Positions 43,892 to 57,630 of a DNA stretch of 64,000 nucleotides are shown one piece after another. Source of the stretch: Dictyostelium discoideum (taxonomy: Eukaryota); the NCBI GenBank assembly GCA_000004695.1, contig CM000151.3:3520001-3584000 (forward strand). Direction: 5' to 3'. The notes below the pieces were generated by a model. It was not told the origin of the DNA. It did no database searches and saw nothing but the letters and a program-made list of their open reading frames with translations. The position numbers and the translations under genes are program-made. Positions within the stretch are counted from its first letter, which is position 1, and each line of letters opens with the position of its first letter.

Positions 43892-44871
43892 CTAATATTC
43901 CAAAAGGTATTGACGTGGAATTTTTTTTTTTTTTTTTTAATTGAATCATTTATTATTATTATTATTATTTTCTTATTATTTATTACGCAATCAATATTGT
44001 GATTTTTTCAATCATTATTAAAAAAAAATAATAATAATGTGGGAAGAAATTTAAATTAATTTATTTAGTAAGGAATACATTACTTGTTTGAAAACATTTT
44101 TATTTGGCATTATTACGTAAATTTTATAATAAAAACTCTAATAAAAAAAACAAAAAAAACTACAATAAAATCTTATTTTCCTGTCATCTAAATTATTTAC
44201 AAAATAATTTTGTCAATTTCGAATAAATATAACGAAAACAAATTTTTTAAAAAAATGACTCTTTTTAAAAAGTTCATAATTTCACATTCAAATATTAATT
44301 ACTTATTATGAATAAGGATGAAATAAAAAAAAAAAAAAATAAAAAATAAAAAAAAATTGTTTTGTTACCCAAAGATAAAAGATCAAAAAAAAAAAAAAAT
44401 TAAAAAAAAATTAAATTAAAAAAAAAAAATTTAATTTTTAAAAAAAAAAAATTAAAAATAATTAAAAACGGAACTAAAAATCATTTTCATGAAAATGCAT
44501 ACCTGGTAGTTTTTTTTTTTTTAATATTTTTAGTCGAAAAAAAAAAAAAAAAATAAAAAAGTGTGACAAAAATAAATTAATTTATTATAATTTATTTATT
44601 TATTTATTAATTATTTATTTATTTAAAAACTTTTACACATAAAAAAAAAAAAAAAAAAAATTCAATTTTCACACATTTCTCCCAATACAAATAAAACTTT
44701 TTTTTTTAATAATTTGTATTTTTTAAATTTTCACACTACAACGACAACAAATATAATTCTTCATTATACAATACTTATATAATATACCACCTTATACAAA
44801 CATACATACATACATACAAACATACATACATTCATAATATATAATCAATACATATAATTTTAAAATAAGAA

Positions 44872-45195
<324 letters not shown>

Positions 45196-45282
45196 TAGAA
45201 ATAATATAAATATATATAAATATAATTTTCATAAAACTTACAATATTAATTTATATTTATTCATATATTTAGAATTGAAAAT

Positions 45283-45597
45283 CAATTAAAAATATTATCA
45301 GAGACAGCATTAAATGAACATCAACAAGCAGAAAAAGAGAAATTAGAAAAGATGTTAAAAGAAAGAGTGAAACCATCAGTTGAAAAAATGGATAAAGAAA
45401 TTGATATACTTACAAAGAAACTATTAGATTTATATCATAAGAGAGATTTATTAACACAAAAGAAAGTTTATACAGAGGATTCCGCTGAGGATGCAACAAA
45501 GATAAATACACCTGAACAAAAAGAATATATACCATTCGATACAATTTCAAAAGGTAGTGATGACGTTGTTGGTTCAACAACTCCAAAAGAAGTTTAA
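45283..45597 (+). CDS. Putative exon 2 of the same gene (IENQLKILSETALNEHQQAEKEKLEKMLKERVKPSVEKMDKEIDILTKKLLDLYHKRDLLTQKKVY...).
   Basis: Open frame begins at acceptor atatttAG (45281-82). Confidence 0.35.
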   Translation, partial: QLKILSETALNEHQQAEKEKLEKMLKERVKPSVEKMDKEIDILTKKLLDLYHKRDLLTQKKVYTEDSAEDATKINTPEQKEYIPFDTISKGSDDVVGSTTPKEV

Positions 45598-46227
45598 AAA
45601 AAGAATAACGAAATATAAAAGGAAAAAAAAAAAAAAATTAACAATTCAATCATATATAAACTCATACAAACAAACAACAACAACAACAACAACAGCAGTA
45701 AAACATCAATAATATACTTCATACAAATCTTTGGATAATTAAAAGCGCATACTTTTTTATTTTTATTTTTTTTTTTTTTTAAAAAAAAGCAATAACAACA
45801 ATAATAAACCTGTAAATAAATAAAACACAACTGAATACAAATTATAAATTTTACTTTATATATTATTTTTTTTTATTTTTCTTTTTATTTTCATTTTACA
45901 AAAAAGTAATTATGAATTAGCTTAAGATTTTTTAAAAATAAAATCATGATTAAATAAATAAAAAGTTTAAAATTTTTAGAAACTCATTAAAAAAAAAGGA
46001 ATATTTTATTTGTTTATAATTTTTAATTATGCAAACCCACATCAAAACATATCACATCACATCACATCACACATTCAGATATTAATCTTATTTTTATTTT
46101 CTTTATTTTTTTATTTTTTTTATTTTTTTTTTTTAATTTTACAAAAATAACCCACAAAATATCTAACATCATCCCTAATTCTATATTATTCTTCAATTTA
46201 ATAAACTTTTTAAATCATATTGAACTT

Positions 46228-46328
<101 letters not shown>

Positions 46329-46829
46329 GTAAAAATAATAATAATAATAAATTTTTTTTTTTTTAATTTTAGAATTTAATATTTTTATAAAGTTTATCTT
46401 AACATACCATATTTTATAATTTAATTTCAAAAAGTAATTACTTGATTTAAAATTAATTTTTTGAAATATTTTTTTTCTTATAACCCCTTCCATTCCACCA
46501 TCTACCACTATTAATAAAAATAAAATTTCAAATAAACAGTTTATTAATTATTTCATAAAAAATGAGATATTTCAAATAATTTGATAATTAATACCATACA
46601 TTTTAATCATTAGTATTGAATAGTGTAAAAATAGTCTTTAAAAATTTTAATTGAAAAAAAAAAAAAAAAAATTATTGGTGAGAGTATGTGTGTAGGTGGG
46701 GGTGATTATATTTGTGTGGGTTCAATTAAAATTTTAAATTGTCTAGAATTGAAAATTGAAACCTTTTATAAATTATTATTTCTAATAAAAATACTATTTT
46801 TAATTCTATTTTAATAGATTTAATTGTCA

Positions 46830-47942
46830 ACAAATGAAAAAGTGTTGCTATTAGTATTCTAAAATCACTTTATAATATTACTTCAATTAATATGGTAAAC
46901 TCTTCAAACACTTTAATTGTGAGCCAGGATCTCAGTTTTTTCACCAACTATATTAAATTAAAAATTAAACTTGTTACTTCATTTTATAATAAATCTCTTC
47001 CTCAATTAAAGAAATTAGATAATTTGTAAATATAAATTATTATTTTACATTTACCTTATATAATATAATTACATTAATTTAATTTTTTTTTTTTTTTTTT
47101 TTAATTAATAGGGAAATTTCTAAAATCTTATTATAAAAACAAATATATTATTCAAAAACAGTTTCTTTAAGAAATATTTCTACAAAAATAAAAATAAAAA
47201 ATTTTTTATATTTTTCATTGATAAAATTTAAATTAATTTCCATTCATAAATATATAACCTTACTTTTAATCATTTTGATATATATAGTCTTAAAATAGAA
47301 AAAAAACATTTCTTGTGAGTGATTATTTTAGTGTTTTTTATTAAAAAAATAAAAAAATAATAATAAAAAATTTATAATATATTATAATTTATTATTATAA
47401 TTATTTATTTTTATAATTAAATTTTTATTATTATTATTTTTTTTTTTTCTTAATTTTTTTTTCTTTATAAATAATTTGAAATTAATTTTTTTTTTTCCTA
47501 ACTAAATTGTTAAAAAAATGAAATATATTAAATTAATTTTTATTATAATCTGTTTTTATATAAATTATCAAAGTATTAGTTCTCTTGGAAATCAAGTATC
47601 CATAAATGAAGCTCTTGTTGCTATAGGTATTCTAAAATCACTTTATAATATTGGCACAAACAATTTTAAAGAAGTTTGTGATTATAATGATTGTTTTAAA
47701 TGTTCATTATATAATGTTTCAAAACTATATACTATAACTTCAATTAAAATGCAAAAATCTTGAAATATTTTTATTGTTACCCAGGATCCCAATGTTTTTA
47801 AATCCTTAACTAAATTAGTAATTGGTGAAAAAGTTCAACTAACAACTTTGTTTTATAATGAAACACTCCCTTTATTAAAAAATTTAAAAAAATTGTAAAT
47901 ATGTATTATAATTACTCAACTTTGTTATAATAACATTATTTT

Positions 47943-48001
<59 letters not shown>

Positions 48002-48790
48002 AATAGAGAAATTTCAAACCAAGAACATCCTTTCCCAGATAAATTTAATATCCCAGATAAATTGTCAGGAGTTCAATTTAATTCAATTTTTGTACCATTA
48101 AGTTCAATTTGGTTTTAGGCAAATATTTATTCATTATATGTTTATAATACATTACCTGGTTTTATATATCCAAAATTAACAAAAAAAATATAAATTTAAA
48201 TATAAATGGATTTATATTTGACACTCAATCATATTGATAGTAATGTACCATCATTGAAATTAATCAAAAATTTATTAGGATTGGGATTTGGAATTTATAA
48301 TGAAATGTCTCAAAAAGGTTACAAGAATTTTTCAATTGATTCAATTAATCGAGTATATAAATGTGGCATTGGAGTTCAATTTCATTAACTCTGGTAATGA
48401 AGCAACAATTCAAAAATTCACATCACAACAATCATTAATTTCAAAATTTAAACTTTGTTGGTTGGTTTTCAAAGGAATTAGTTTTACTCTTGATCCATCT
48501 ATTGGTTATTTATTTAATAATTTTTCAAAGATGGATGATATATATGGTATTGATTTATATGTATAAATATATTGCTTTTAAAAATTTTTTTTTTATGTAT
48601 TATTAATGTAATTTATAATATTTTTTATTTTTAAAATAGGAAAATAAATGGAACTTGTGATCTGGTTAATGAATGTAAAGTTACAAATTGTGTTGTACTA
48701 CCTACTGTTACATCAACCTCACATAATACATTTAGAAATATTTGTTGTAAAACTACCTCGGTAACACCAGTTGATTATTTGATTGTTTAT
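46830..48790 (+). pseudogene. Degenerate copies of the secreted Cys-rich family (see 49600..50828). There is an exon-1-like fragment 46830-47040 without a start, an exon-1-like ORF 47518..47763 with a premature stop, an exon-2-like segment 48000-48570 with a frameshift, and an exon-3-like segment 48640-48790.
   Basis: Colinear by eye with the intact downstream copy. The reading frame is broken at several points. Confidence 0.55.
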
Positions 48791-49599
48791 TAAAAAAAAA
48801 AAAAATGGAATGTTTGGCTTTCCAACTCCACAATGGTAATAGCAATGTAAGAGGATTATCTTTAGCACTAAATCTGATCCCCTCCCTTCTTTAAAATTAA
48901 AAAATTGATCATTTTTATTTAATTTTAGAATTTAATATTTTATAATGTTTTTCTTTATATCACAAATATTTAAAAATTTTAATTAAATTGCATCCATAAA
49001 CAGTTTCATAAATCTAGGATGTTTTAAATAAATTAGTGTAATTATTATGAAATTATTTCGATCTATTAATTATACCATACTTTTAATCGATACAATAAAC
49101 ATATTATTTATTATTAAAATAGTTTTTAAAATTTGGAAAAAAAAAAAATAATTTTAGTGGGGTATGTGCAGGTGAGGGTGAGATTGTATCCGTGTGAAGT
49201 GTTAATTGGGGTTGAATTAAAATTTATTACCATTCACTAATATTTAAAGCCATACTTTTAATCATTATGATATATAGTCTTAAAACAATAGCAAAAAAAA
49301 TTTTAGTGGGGGGGTGTGATTATTTCTGTGTTTATGTGTGTAGGTCAAGGTGTGATTATTTCTGTGTAAATATTTTTAAAGGGGTTGGATATAAATTATC
49401 ATTTATCAAGAATTATATGTCTTAATAAAATTATATTATAATTCATTTATTATTATTTTTATATAATTTTAATTATTATTATTTTTTTTTAATTTTAATT
49501 ATTGTTGTTTTTTTTATTTTTATTTTTTTTTTTTTTCCTTTATAAATAATTTGAAATTAGTTTTTTATTTTTTTATTTAAAATTAAATTTTATAAAAAA

Positions 49600-49970
49600 A
49601 TGAAATATATTAACCTAATTTTTATTTTAATTTGTTTTTATATAAATTATCAAAGTATTGGTGCTGATAGAAATGAATTCCCCATAAATGAAATTCTTGC
49701 TGCTAAAAGTATTCTAAAATCACTTTATAATTTTGAAGCAAAAACTTTAGAAGAAATTTGTTTTTATGGTTGTTTTGTATGTTCACCTATTTATGAACCA
49801 AAAACATATGGTATAACTACAATTAGAATAAACTCTACAAGATTATCTTTTGTTTCTTATGATTTCAGTATTTTTCGATATTTATCTGAATTAATAATTG
49901 AAGAAAATATTCAAATACAAACCGTATTTTATGAAAAAACACTTCCTTTATTAAAAAATTTAGAGCTTTT
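49600..49970 (+). CDS. Secreted Cys-rich protein, intact copy, exon 1 (signal peptide MKYINLIFILICFYINYQSIGA).
   Basis: Donor GTAAAT at 49971. Phase 2. Confidence 0.6.
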
Positions 49971-50018
49971 GTAAATATAAATGATAATTACTCTCATTTG
50001 TTATAATTTCATTATTTT

Positions 50019-50068
<50 letters not shown>

Positions 50069-50083
50069 CTCTAATTGATATAG

Positions 50084-50626
50084 AGAAGTTTCAAAACAAG
50101 AACAACCTTTCCCAGATAATTTTAGTCCCCCAGAAAAATTGAAAACTGTTCAATTTAATTCAATTTCTGTGCCATTAAGTTCAATTTGGTTTGAGGGAGT
50201 TATTAATAGAATAATTGTTAAAAAAACATTACCTGGTTTTAAATATCCAAAACTAACAAAAATAAATACATATATAAATACATTGAGTTTATCACTCAAT
50301 CATATTGATACAAATGTACCATCAATGGATTTATTCCCAAATTTAGAATTAATAAATTTTCAAATTCATAATGAAATGTCTCAAAAAGGTTACAAGAATT
50401 TTTCAATAGATTCAATTAATCAAGATTGGTATAAAAGAGTCAATGCAATGGAAATCCAATTCATAAACTCTGGTAAAGAAGCAACAATTCAAAAATTCAC
50501 ATTACAACAATCATTAATTTCAAGATTTAAACTTGACTATTTACTTATAGATGGAATTGGTTTTACTGTTGATCCATCTATTGGTTATTTAAATTTTTCA
50601 AAGATGACTGATAAAGGTTTTGTTTT
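50084..50626 (+). CDS. Secreted Cys-rich protein exon 2.
   Basis: Acceptor gatatAG. (L)EVSKQEQPFPDNFSPPEKLKTVQFNSISVPLSSIWF... Donor GTATGT. Confidence 0.6.
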
Positions 50627-50704
50627 GTATGTATATATATATTCTTTTTAAATAATGTTTTTTTAATATCTTATTAATGAAATTATTATTATTTTTTAAA
50701 ATAG

Positions 50705-50828
50705 ACATATAGTAGGAGATTGTGATCTAATTAAAAAATGTAAAATTTCTAATTGTGTTGTAATGCCTAATGTTGCAGGAAAAAAATACCAAAATGAAAT
50801 TATAGGTCCTTGTATTACTGGTCGCTAA
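50705..50828 (+). CDS. Secreted Cys-rich protein exon 3 (HIVGDCDLIKKCKISNCVVMPNVAGKKYQNEIIGPCITGR). Total about 345 aa.
   Basis: Acceptor aaaatAG. Six Cys in the last 40 residues. Confidence 0.6.
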
Positions 50829-51367
50829 CACCAAATATAATTGATTCATCATCTAAAACTACCTATTGAACAACAAACAACAGCAACAACAGGAACTAAT
50901 TCAACACAGCTTGATGATAATAATTTTCATTAAATTAAACCTATCATTGATATTTAATAAAAGTTTATATTATAATTATATATATTACATATTATATAAT
51001 ACAGTTTAAAAAGAAATATGAGTGCATTAATTTGATTACTTAAAAAAATGGTTTTAACACAATTGTGTTTTGTCTTTTAATTTCCAATTTATTAAGAAAA
51101 TTGTAAATGTTGCAGGGAATTTTCAATAAAATTTCTTTCCAGTGAATTTTTTAATTTAATTTCCCTACACTAACTGAGAGAAAAAAAAAAATCATTGACC
51201 ATTAATTTTTTTTTTTTTAAAAAAACAAATAAAGTTTATTATTTTTTGTTTTTCAATTATTATTTATTTGTTTATTATTATTAAAATCCCTCAGGTGATT
51301 TTTTTTTTTTTTTTTTTTTATTTTTTTTATTTTTTTTTTAATTTTTTTTTTTATTATATTGAAATTC

Positions 51368-51413
<46 letters not shown>

Positions 51414-51467
51414 TTTTTGGTTCAAGAAAAAAAAAATGTAATATAATTTTTATAAAATACAATTAAA

Positions 51468-51484
51468 ATGAGTAAAGAATATGA
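51468..51484 (+). CDS. Rab1-like small GTPase exon 1 (17 nt: MSKEY + 2 nt).
   Basis: Donor GTAAGA. Splicing gives MSKEYEHLFKFVLAGDSGVGK, matching the Rab N-terminus (EYDYLFKLLLIGDSGVGKS). Confidence 0.6.
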
Positions 51485-51538
51485 GTAAGAATCTATTTTT
51501 TATTTTTTTCTTTTTTTTTTTTGTTGAAAAAATATTAA

Positions 51539-51581
<43 letters not shown>

Positions 51582-51584
51582 TAG

Positions 51585-51625
51585 ACACTTATTCAAATTT
51601 GTACTTGCAGGTGATAGTGGAGTTG
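51585..51625 (+). CDS. Rab1-like exon 2 (P-loop).
   Basis: Acceptor tatAG. HLFKFVLAGDSGV + 1 nt. Donor GTAAAT. Confidence 0.7.
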
Positions 51626-51707
51626 GTAAATATTAACTGCAATAAATAATAAATAATAATAATTAATAATTAAATAAATAAATTAATTATTAATTATTAA
51701 AAAAAAG

Positions 51708-52222
51708 GTAAAACAAGCATTTTATTTAGAATTACAGATGATACATTTACTGAAACACATATAACAATTGGTATTGAGTTTAAAATAAAGACAGTTTATA
51801 TTGAAGGTAAACCAATAAAACTTCAAATTTGGGATACAGCTGGAGAAAAGCGATTTAGAGTTCATAATTCACATTATAGAGGTTGTCATGGAGTTATTAT
51901 AGTTTATGATGTTACAGATCAAAGATCATTTGAAAATGTTCCCTCATGGATAGAAGATATCCGAAGATATGCAAATGAAAATGTCATTAAAATTATAATT
52001 GGAAATAAAAATGATTTAGTCTCACAAAAAGTGGTTGACCCTTTTTTAGCTCAAGAATTTGCCGATTCTTTAGATATTCCATTCAAAGAAATAAGTGCAA
52101 AACAATCAATTAACATTGAAGAGGCTTTTATCTCTTTAGTAAAGCTTTGTATAAATAGAATTGAAGAAACTTCTCTAAAAAAAACACAATCCCCCGAAAA
52201 AAATAATTGTATAATAAATTAA
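51708..52222 (+). CDS. Rab1-like exon 3. Total 190 aa. C-terminal CIIN.
   Basis: GKTSILFRITDDTFTETHITIGIEFKIKTV, WDTAGEKRF (Gln to Glu), GNKNDL, ISAK. Confidence 0.8.
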
Positions 52223-52715
52223 TAAAAAAAAAAGGATTTACACTTACACAAACCAATTATTACTAGATATTTTTTTTTTTTTTTTAATAAAATTCAAATC
52301 ATTTTTAAAATTTTTTTTGGATATTTTAAAAGATGCAAAGCAACACATTTTTTTTTAAAAAAATACACACCTTTTTATAATACTCTTTTTTTAGGGATTA
52401 CAATTGACACAAATTTTTTTCGAGTGCAAAACGGTATTTTTTTTTTTTTTTTTTATTTAGTTTTAAAAACAAATAATAATACTTAAATATAAATAATTTT
52501 TTGTAATATATTATTATTTTTTTTTTTTTTTTTAATATTATAAAATTTCTTTTTGATAAAAAAGTTAAAAAAAAAAAAAAAAAAATTCCCAAAAAAAAAA
52601 AAAAATCCCAAAAAAAAAAAAATATCAGTTTTTTATTATTATCATAAACAAATCGATTTTACCAAGAATTTAATAATTAATAGTAAATATAACGAGACTC
52701 TTTTGAAATAAAAAT

Positions 52716-52747
<32 letters not shown>

Positions 52748-52850
52748 CTTTAACACACTACTTTTTATTTTTTTTTTTTTTTATTTTTTTTATAATTATT
52801 CATCACAAACTTCATCGTTGAGCAAGTTAAAAAAAAAAAAATAAAATAAA

Positions 52851-53429
52851 ATGGAAAATTATTTATTTCGCGATGCAAATTCAGAAGAATTAAAAGAAAT
52901 AGAAGGATTAAAACCAATTAAAAAATTAGAAAATATTTTAAAAGATATTGGTGCACCAAATAAACAAATTACAACATTAGAAAATTATAAAAATTATTTA
53001 AAAGAAGATGCATTATCTAAAAAATCATGGGGATTAGAATCATTTAATCAACCAAATCAAACTGACGATGATTTATTTAAAGAGACTGTATTAATTGAAG
53101 GTGGTGATAATACTAAACATGTATATTGTTTCATTGATGCCTATACTGCAAATCCTGTAACTATTAAAGTAACAAGACCAGATGCAAATTCATTACAACC
53201 CTTGACCAATGTTGAATTATTAGCAATTTATTCAAAAGCTTTTCAATTCATCTATGAAGAAGAGGAAAAAGAAGTAGGTAATCCTGGTCACATTCAAGGT
53301 ATGCTTAATAGAGGTGTTTCTCATGGCAGATATGGAATTTGGGGTCACGATCTTTCAGATTTAGTTTACAATGGTTTTTCAGATGTTTTAATCTATAAAG
53401 ATTTCATTTTTTGTGAATTTAGAGTAGAT

Positions 53430-53435
<6 letters not shown>
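52851..53435 (+). CDS. Hypothetical protein, 194 aa. Paralog of 54169..54855.
   Basis: Shared C-terminal core HVYCFIDAYTA...IKVTRPD...LLAIYSKAFQF...GIWGHDLSDLVYNG...C.F.VD. Confidence 0.6.
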
Positions 53436-53472
<37 letters not shown>

Positions 53473-53727
53473 ATAATAAATAAAATATCTAAAAAAAAAA
53501 AAAAATATTACAAAAATAGAAAAATTTAGATTTTTTTATTTTTTTTATTTTTTATTTAATTTTCTTTTAATCTATTTTTGTAATTTTTTTGTTTTTTTTT
53601 TTTAGAAATTTTGATTTTTTTTTTTTTTTTTATTTATATTTTCTTTTAATCTTTTTAATTAAATTTTTTATAATTTCCATTTTAAGCACCAAGATCCTGG
53701 CTCTTTTTCATATTGCCTCTTGAATTG

Positions 53728-53783
<56 letters not shown>

Positions 53784-54168
53784 TTTAAATTTTTTTTTTT
53801 TTTTTTTTTATTATTTTTTTTTTATTTTAACAAAAATGGAAGATTACTAAAAATATATATTTGTATTATTTTAGAAATTTTTTTCATAAAAAAAGATCCA
53901 TAGAACATGATATATAACCTTTAAAATAAACTTTGTTTTATTTTATTTTATTTTATTTTTTTTTTTTTTTTTATTTTTTTTTTTTTTTTTATTTTTTTTT
54001 TTTAAAAATAAAACCTCATATTAAAATTAAACTATAAATAAGGATTTTAAAATTGAAATTTTCATTTTCATTTTCATTTTAATTTAAATAAATTGAAAAA
54101 CAAAAAACAAAAAAAAAAAAAAAAAAAAATATTGTTTCATAATAAAAAATAACCAAATAATAAATAAA

Positions 54169-54855
54169 ATGTTTGAAATTAATAAAATTTATATGGATAA
54201 TGCATCAGAAGATGAAAGAAAAATAATTTCAAAATCAAAAATTCAAAAAATTGATAAAGAGATATTACCAGTTTGTGCATCACCAGCATCTAATGTTAAT
54301 GATATTGATAATTTTCAAAATAAATTAAATAATCAATTAAATGAAAAGAAAAAGAAGATTAAAAATCAAGGTATTGTATCAATCGATAGTAATTCATTAC
54401 CAATAAAGAATAAGAATGAATTAATTCAATTCAATAAGCTATTATCAGAATCAAATGGTAATTTAAAAAATGAAAAAACAGAGTCATTTATTAATGACAA
54501 ATTAATCGTTGACAAGGATAAAAACCTGTATGGTGTTGGTAGATATGTGGATCATGTCTATTGTGTTTTTGGTAAATATCAATTAAAGAAATCCGTTATT
54601 AAAGTCACAAAACCTGATCCAAACATTCCAATTTCCTCTTTGGATTTATTGGCAATTTATACCAAAGCATATCAATACATGTACAAGGAGCAAAAACAAT
54701 GGTTTGACTATAAGAAAACTAGAATTAACATTTCAAATTCTCCTCATGGTATTTATCGTTATGGTATTAACGATATTCATTATAACGGTCTTTCAACAAT
54801 CATAGAGTTTGATACTTTTTTAGTTTGCTCTTTTGATGTTGACCCAATTAAATAA
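54169..54855 (+). CDS. Hypothetical protein, 228 aa. Paralog of 52851..53435.
   Basis: DHVYCVFGKYQLKKSVIKVTKPD...LLAIYTKAYQY...GIYRYGINDIHYNG...CSFDVD. Confidence 0.6.
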   Translation: MFEINKIYMDNASEDERKIISKSKIQKIDKEILPVCASPASNVNDIDNFQNKLNNQLNEKKKKIKNQGIVSIDSNSLPIKNKNELIQFNKLLSESNGNLKNEKTESFINDKLIVDKDKNLYGVGRYVDHVYCVFGKYQLKKSVIKVTKPDPNIPISSLDLLAIYTKAYQYMYKEQKQWFDYKKTRINISNSPHGIYRYGINDIHYNGLSTIIEFDTFLVCSFDVDPIK

Positions 54856-55066
54856 TTAAAATTACTGGTCTTTTTAATATTAAAAAAAAAAAAAAAAATA
54901 AAATAAAGTTAATAATAAAAGATTATAAATTTAACACAAGATTTTTTTTTTATTTTTTTTGTAATTTTAAAAATTTTTTTTTTTTTATTTTTCTCCTCTG
55001 TCCCATTTCCCCTCTTTTTTTATATAAAAATTAATTATTATTATTATTTTATTTATATTATAATTA

Positions 55067-55117
<51 letters not shown>

Positions 55118-55431
55118 TTTTTTTTTTTTTTTTTTTGATTAATATTTGACAATTGTCAAGGGATATTTATTGGGTTTTCATTTGTTAATTATATATTAAG
55201 ATTTTTTTATTGGGTGGTATAGAATTTTAATTAAAAAAAAAAAAAAAAAAATGATAAAAAAAAAATATTTTATTTTTATAAAAAACATGTTAAAGAAGTA
55301 AAAAAGAATTTAATACAAAAAAACAATTTGTTTATGTGTATTTTAATTATATAATTAATTTTTTATTATTAATTGGTTTTTTTAATAGATAAAGATTTTA
55401 ATTCGTACCACAGATTAATTAAATAAAATTG

Positions 55432-55493
<62 letters not shown>

Positions 55494-55666
55494 TGGCATT
55501 TAATTTTTTAGGATTGACCCCAAGATTTTTTTTTGAAAATAAATTAATTTTTTTATTTTTAATTTTTGTAATTTTTTTTTTTTTATTTTTTATTTTTTAT
55601 CTATTATATAATTTTAAAAAAAAAAAAAAAAAAAATTTATTGCAATAAAACTACAAGTAAAACATA

Positions 55667-55723
55667 ATGGAGTTTTTAAAATTAATATTGTTTCTAATAA
55701 TTTTTTATATAATCCATAATACT
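55667..55723 (+). CDS. Cytochrome P450 copy 1, exon 1 (membrane anchor MEFLKLILFLIIFYIIHNT).
   Basis: Donor GTTTGT. Same position as in copies 2 and 3. Confidence 0.6.
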
Positions 55724-55824
55724 GTTTGTATTTTTTCTTTAATTTTAATAAAAAAAAAAAAAAAAAAAGGATAATAATAATAATTATACTTTTTTCTAAA
55801 CACAGATATGGTAAAATTTAAATA

Positions 55825-55868
<44 letters not shown>

Positions 55869-55891
55869 GAAATTAAATCAATTTTTATCAG

Positions 55892-56177
55892 TATATTAAA
55901 TTTAAAAAAATAAATAAAAATGAATTAAAAGGACCAATTCCAATTCCAATTTTAGGAAATTTATATCAACTTACAAGTGGTTTACCACACAGAGATTTAA
56001 CTAAAATATCTGAAAAATATGGTGGAATTTATAGATTTTGGTTTGCTGATTTATACACTGTTGTATTATCTGATCCAATTTTGATTAGAGAAATGTTTGT
56101 TAACAATGGTGATTATTTCCTAGACAGACCAAAAATACCTTCAATAAGACATGCAACTCATTATCATGGTATTGCAA
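55892..56177 (+). CDS. P450 copy 1, exon 2.
   Basis: [27 protein letters not shown]...[18 protein letters not shown]. No intron after DRPKIP. Donor GTTAGT. Phase 1. Confidence 0.7.
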
Positions 56178-56182
56178 GTTAG

Positions 56183-56219
<37 letters not shown>

Positions 56220-56280
56220 AAAAAACTAAAAAAAAAATTAATTATTAATTTTTTTTTTTTTTTTTTTTTAAAAAAAAAAG

Positions 56281-56808
56281 CATCTTCTGGTGAATATTGG
56301 TTAAAAATTAGAGATATAATTAATAAAGCAATGAGAAAAACCAATTTAAAATTAATTTATGATTCATTAGATCAACAAGTTGATAATTTAATTGAATCAA
56401 TGAATAAAATTGAAAGTGATGGACAAGTATTTGAACCACGTATTTATTTTAAAAAATATACAATGGCAGCAATGTATAAATTCATTTTCAATGAAGAAAT
56501 AAATTTTAATAATGAAATATCTGAATTAATTGGGCCAATTGAACAAGTTTTCAAAGATTTAGGAAGTGGTAGTTTATTTGATGTTTTATTAATATCAAGA
56601 CCATTATATTATCAATGGATTGAACATACTGATAAAAATTATCCAAAAATTTTAAATTTTTTAAAAAAAAAATATCATCAACATTTAAAAACTTATAATC
56701 CAGAAATTCAAAGAGATTTATTAGATTTATTAATTAAAGAATATTATAGTGGAAGTGATGATGATATTTTAACAATTATTGCAACTATAAATGATTTATT
56801 TTTAGCTG
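56281..56808 (+). CDS. P450 copy 1, exon 3.
   Basis: (T)[23 protein letters not shown]...NDLFLAG. Donor GTTTGT. Confidence 0.7.
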
Positions 56809-56878
56809 GTTTGTATTAAATTAGTTTTATTATTTTTTATTAAAAAATTTCAATTATTAATAAATTTATTTAAAATAG

Positions 56879-57281
56879 GTACTGATACAAGTAGTGCTTC
56901 ATTAGAATATATGGTTATGATGTTAGTTAATTATCCAGAAATTCAAGAGAAAGTATATGATGAAATTAAATTAACTGTTAACGGTAGAAATAAAGTTTTA
57001 TTATCTGATAGACAATTTACACCATATACAGTTTCATTTATTAAAGAAACATTAAGATATAAACCACCATCTTCTGTTGGTGTACCAAGAACTACTTCTC
57101 AAGATATTATAATTGGTGATAAATTCATTCCAAAAGATGCTCAAATTTTTATAAATTATTATGGACTTTCAAGAAATCAAGATTATTTTGAAAATCCTGA
57201 ACAATTTGAACCATCAAGATTTATGAATCCAGATACAAATATTGCATTTTTACCATTTAGTATTGGTACAAGAAATTGTGT
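56879..57281 (+). CDS. P450 copy 1, exon 4.
   Basis: (G)[24 protein letters not shown]...ETLRYKPP...[12 protein letters not shown]. Donor GTAAGT inside the heme-binding motif. Confidence 0.8.
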
Positions 57282-57367
57282 GTAAGTAAAAAAAAATTAT
57301 TTATTTTATTATTTTTTTTAATTATTTATTTAAAAATTGTTAAATTAATTTTTTTTTTTTTTTTAAG

Positions 57368-57533
57368 TGGTCAAAATTTTGCATTAGATGAAATGTTTCT
57401 TGCATTTTCAAATATAATTTTAAATTTTAAATTTAGTTCAATTGATGGGAAACAAATTGATGAAACTGAATTGTATGGAGTTACATTAAGATGCAAGAAT
57501 AAATTTAATGTATCCATTAAAAAAAGAATTTAA
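57368..57533 (+). CDS. P450 copy 1, exon 5. Total 479 aa.
   Basis: (V)[22 protein letters not shown]...KKRI*. Confidence 0.8.
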
Positions 57534-57577
57534 TTCATTGTAAAATTTAATAAAAAATAATTAATTATAATAAATAA

Positions 57578-57630
<53 letters not shown>

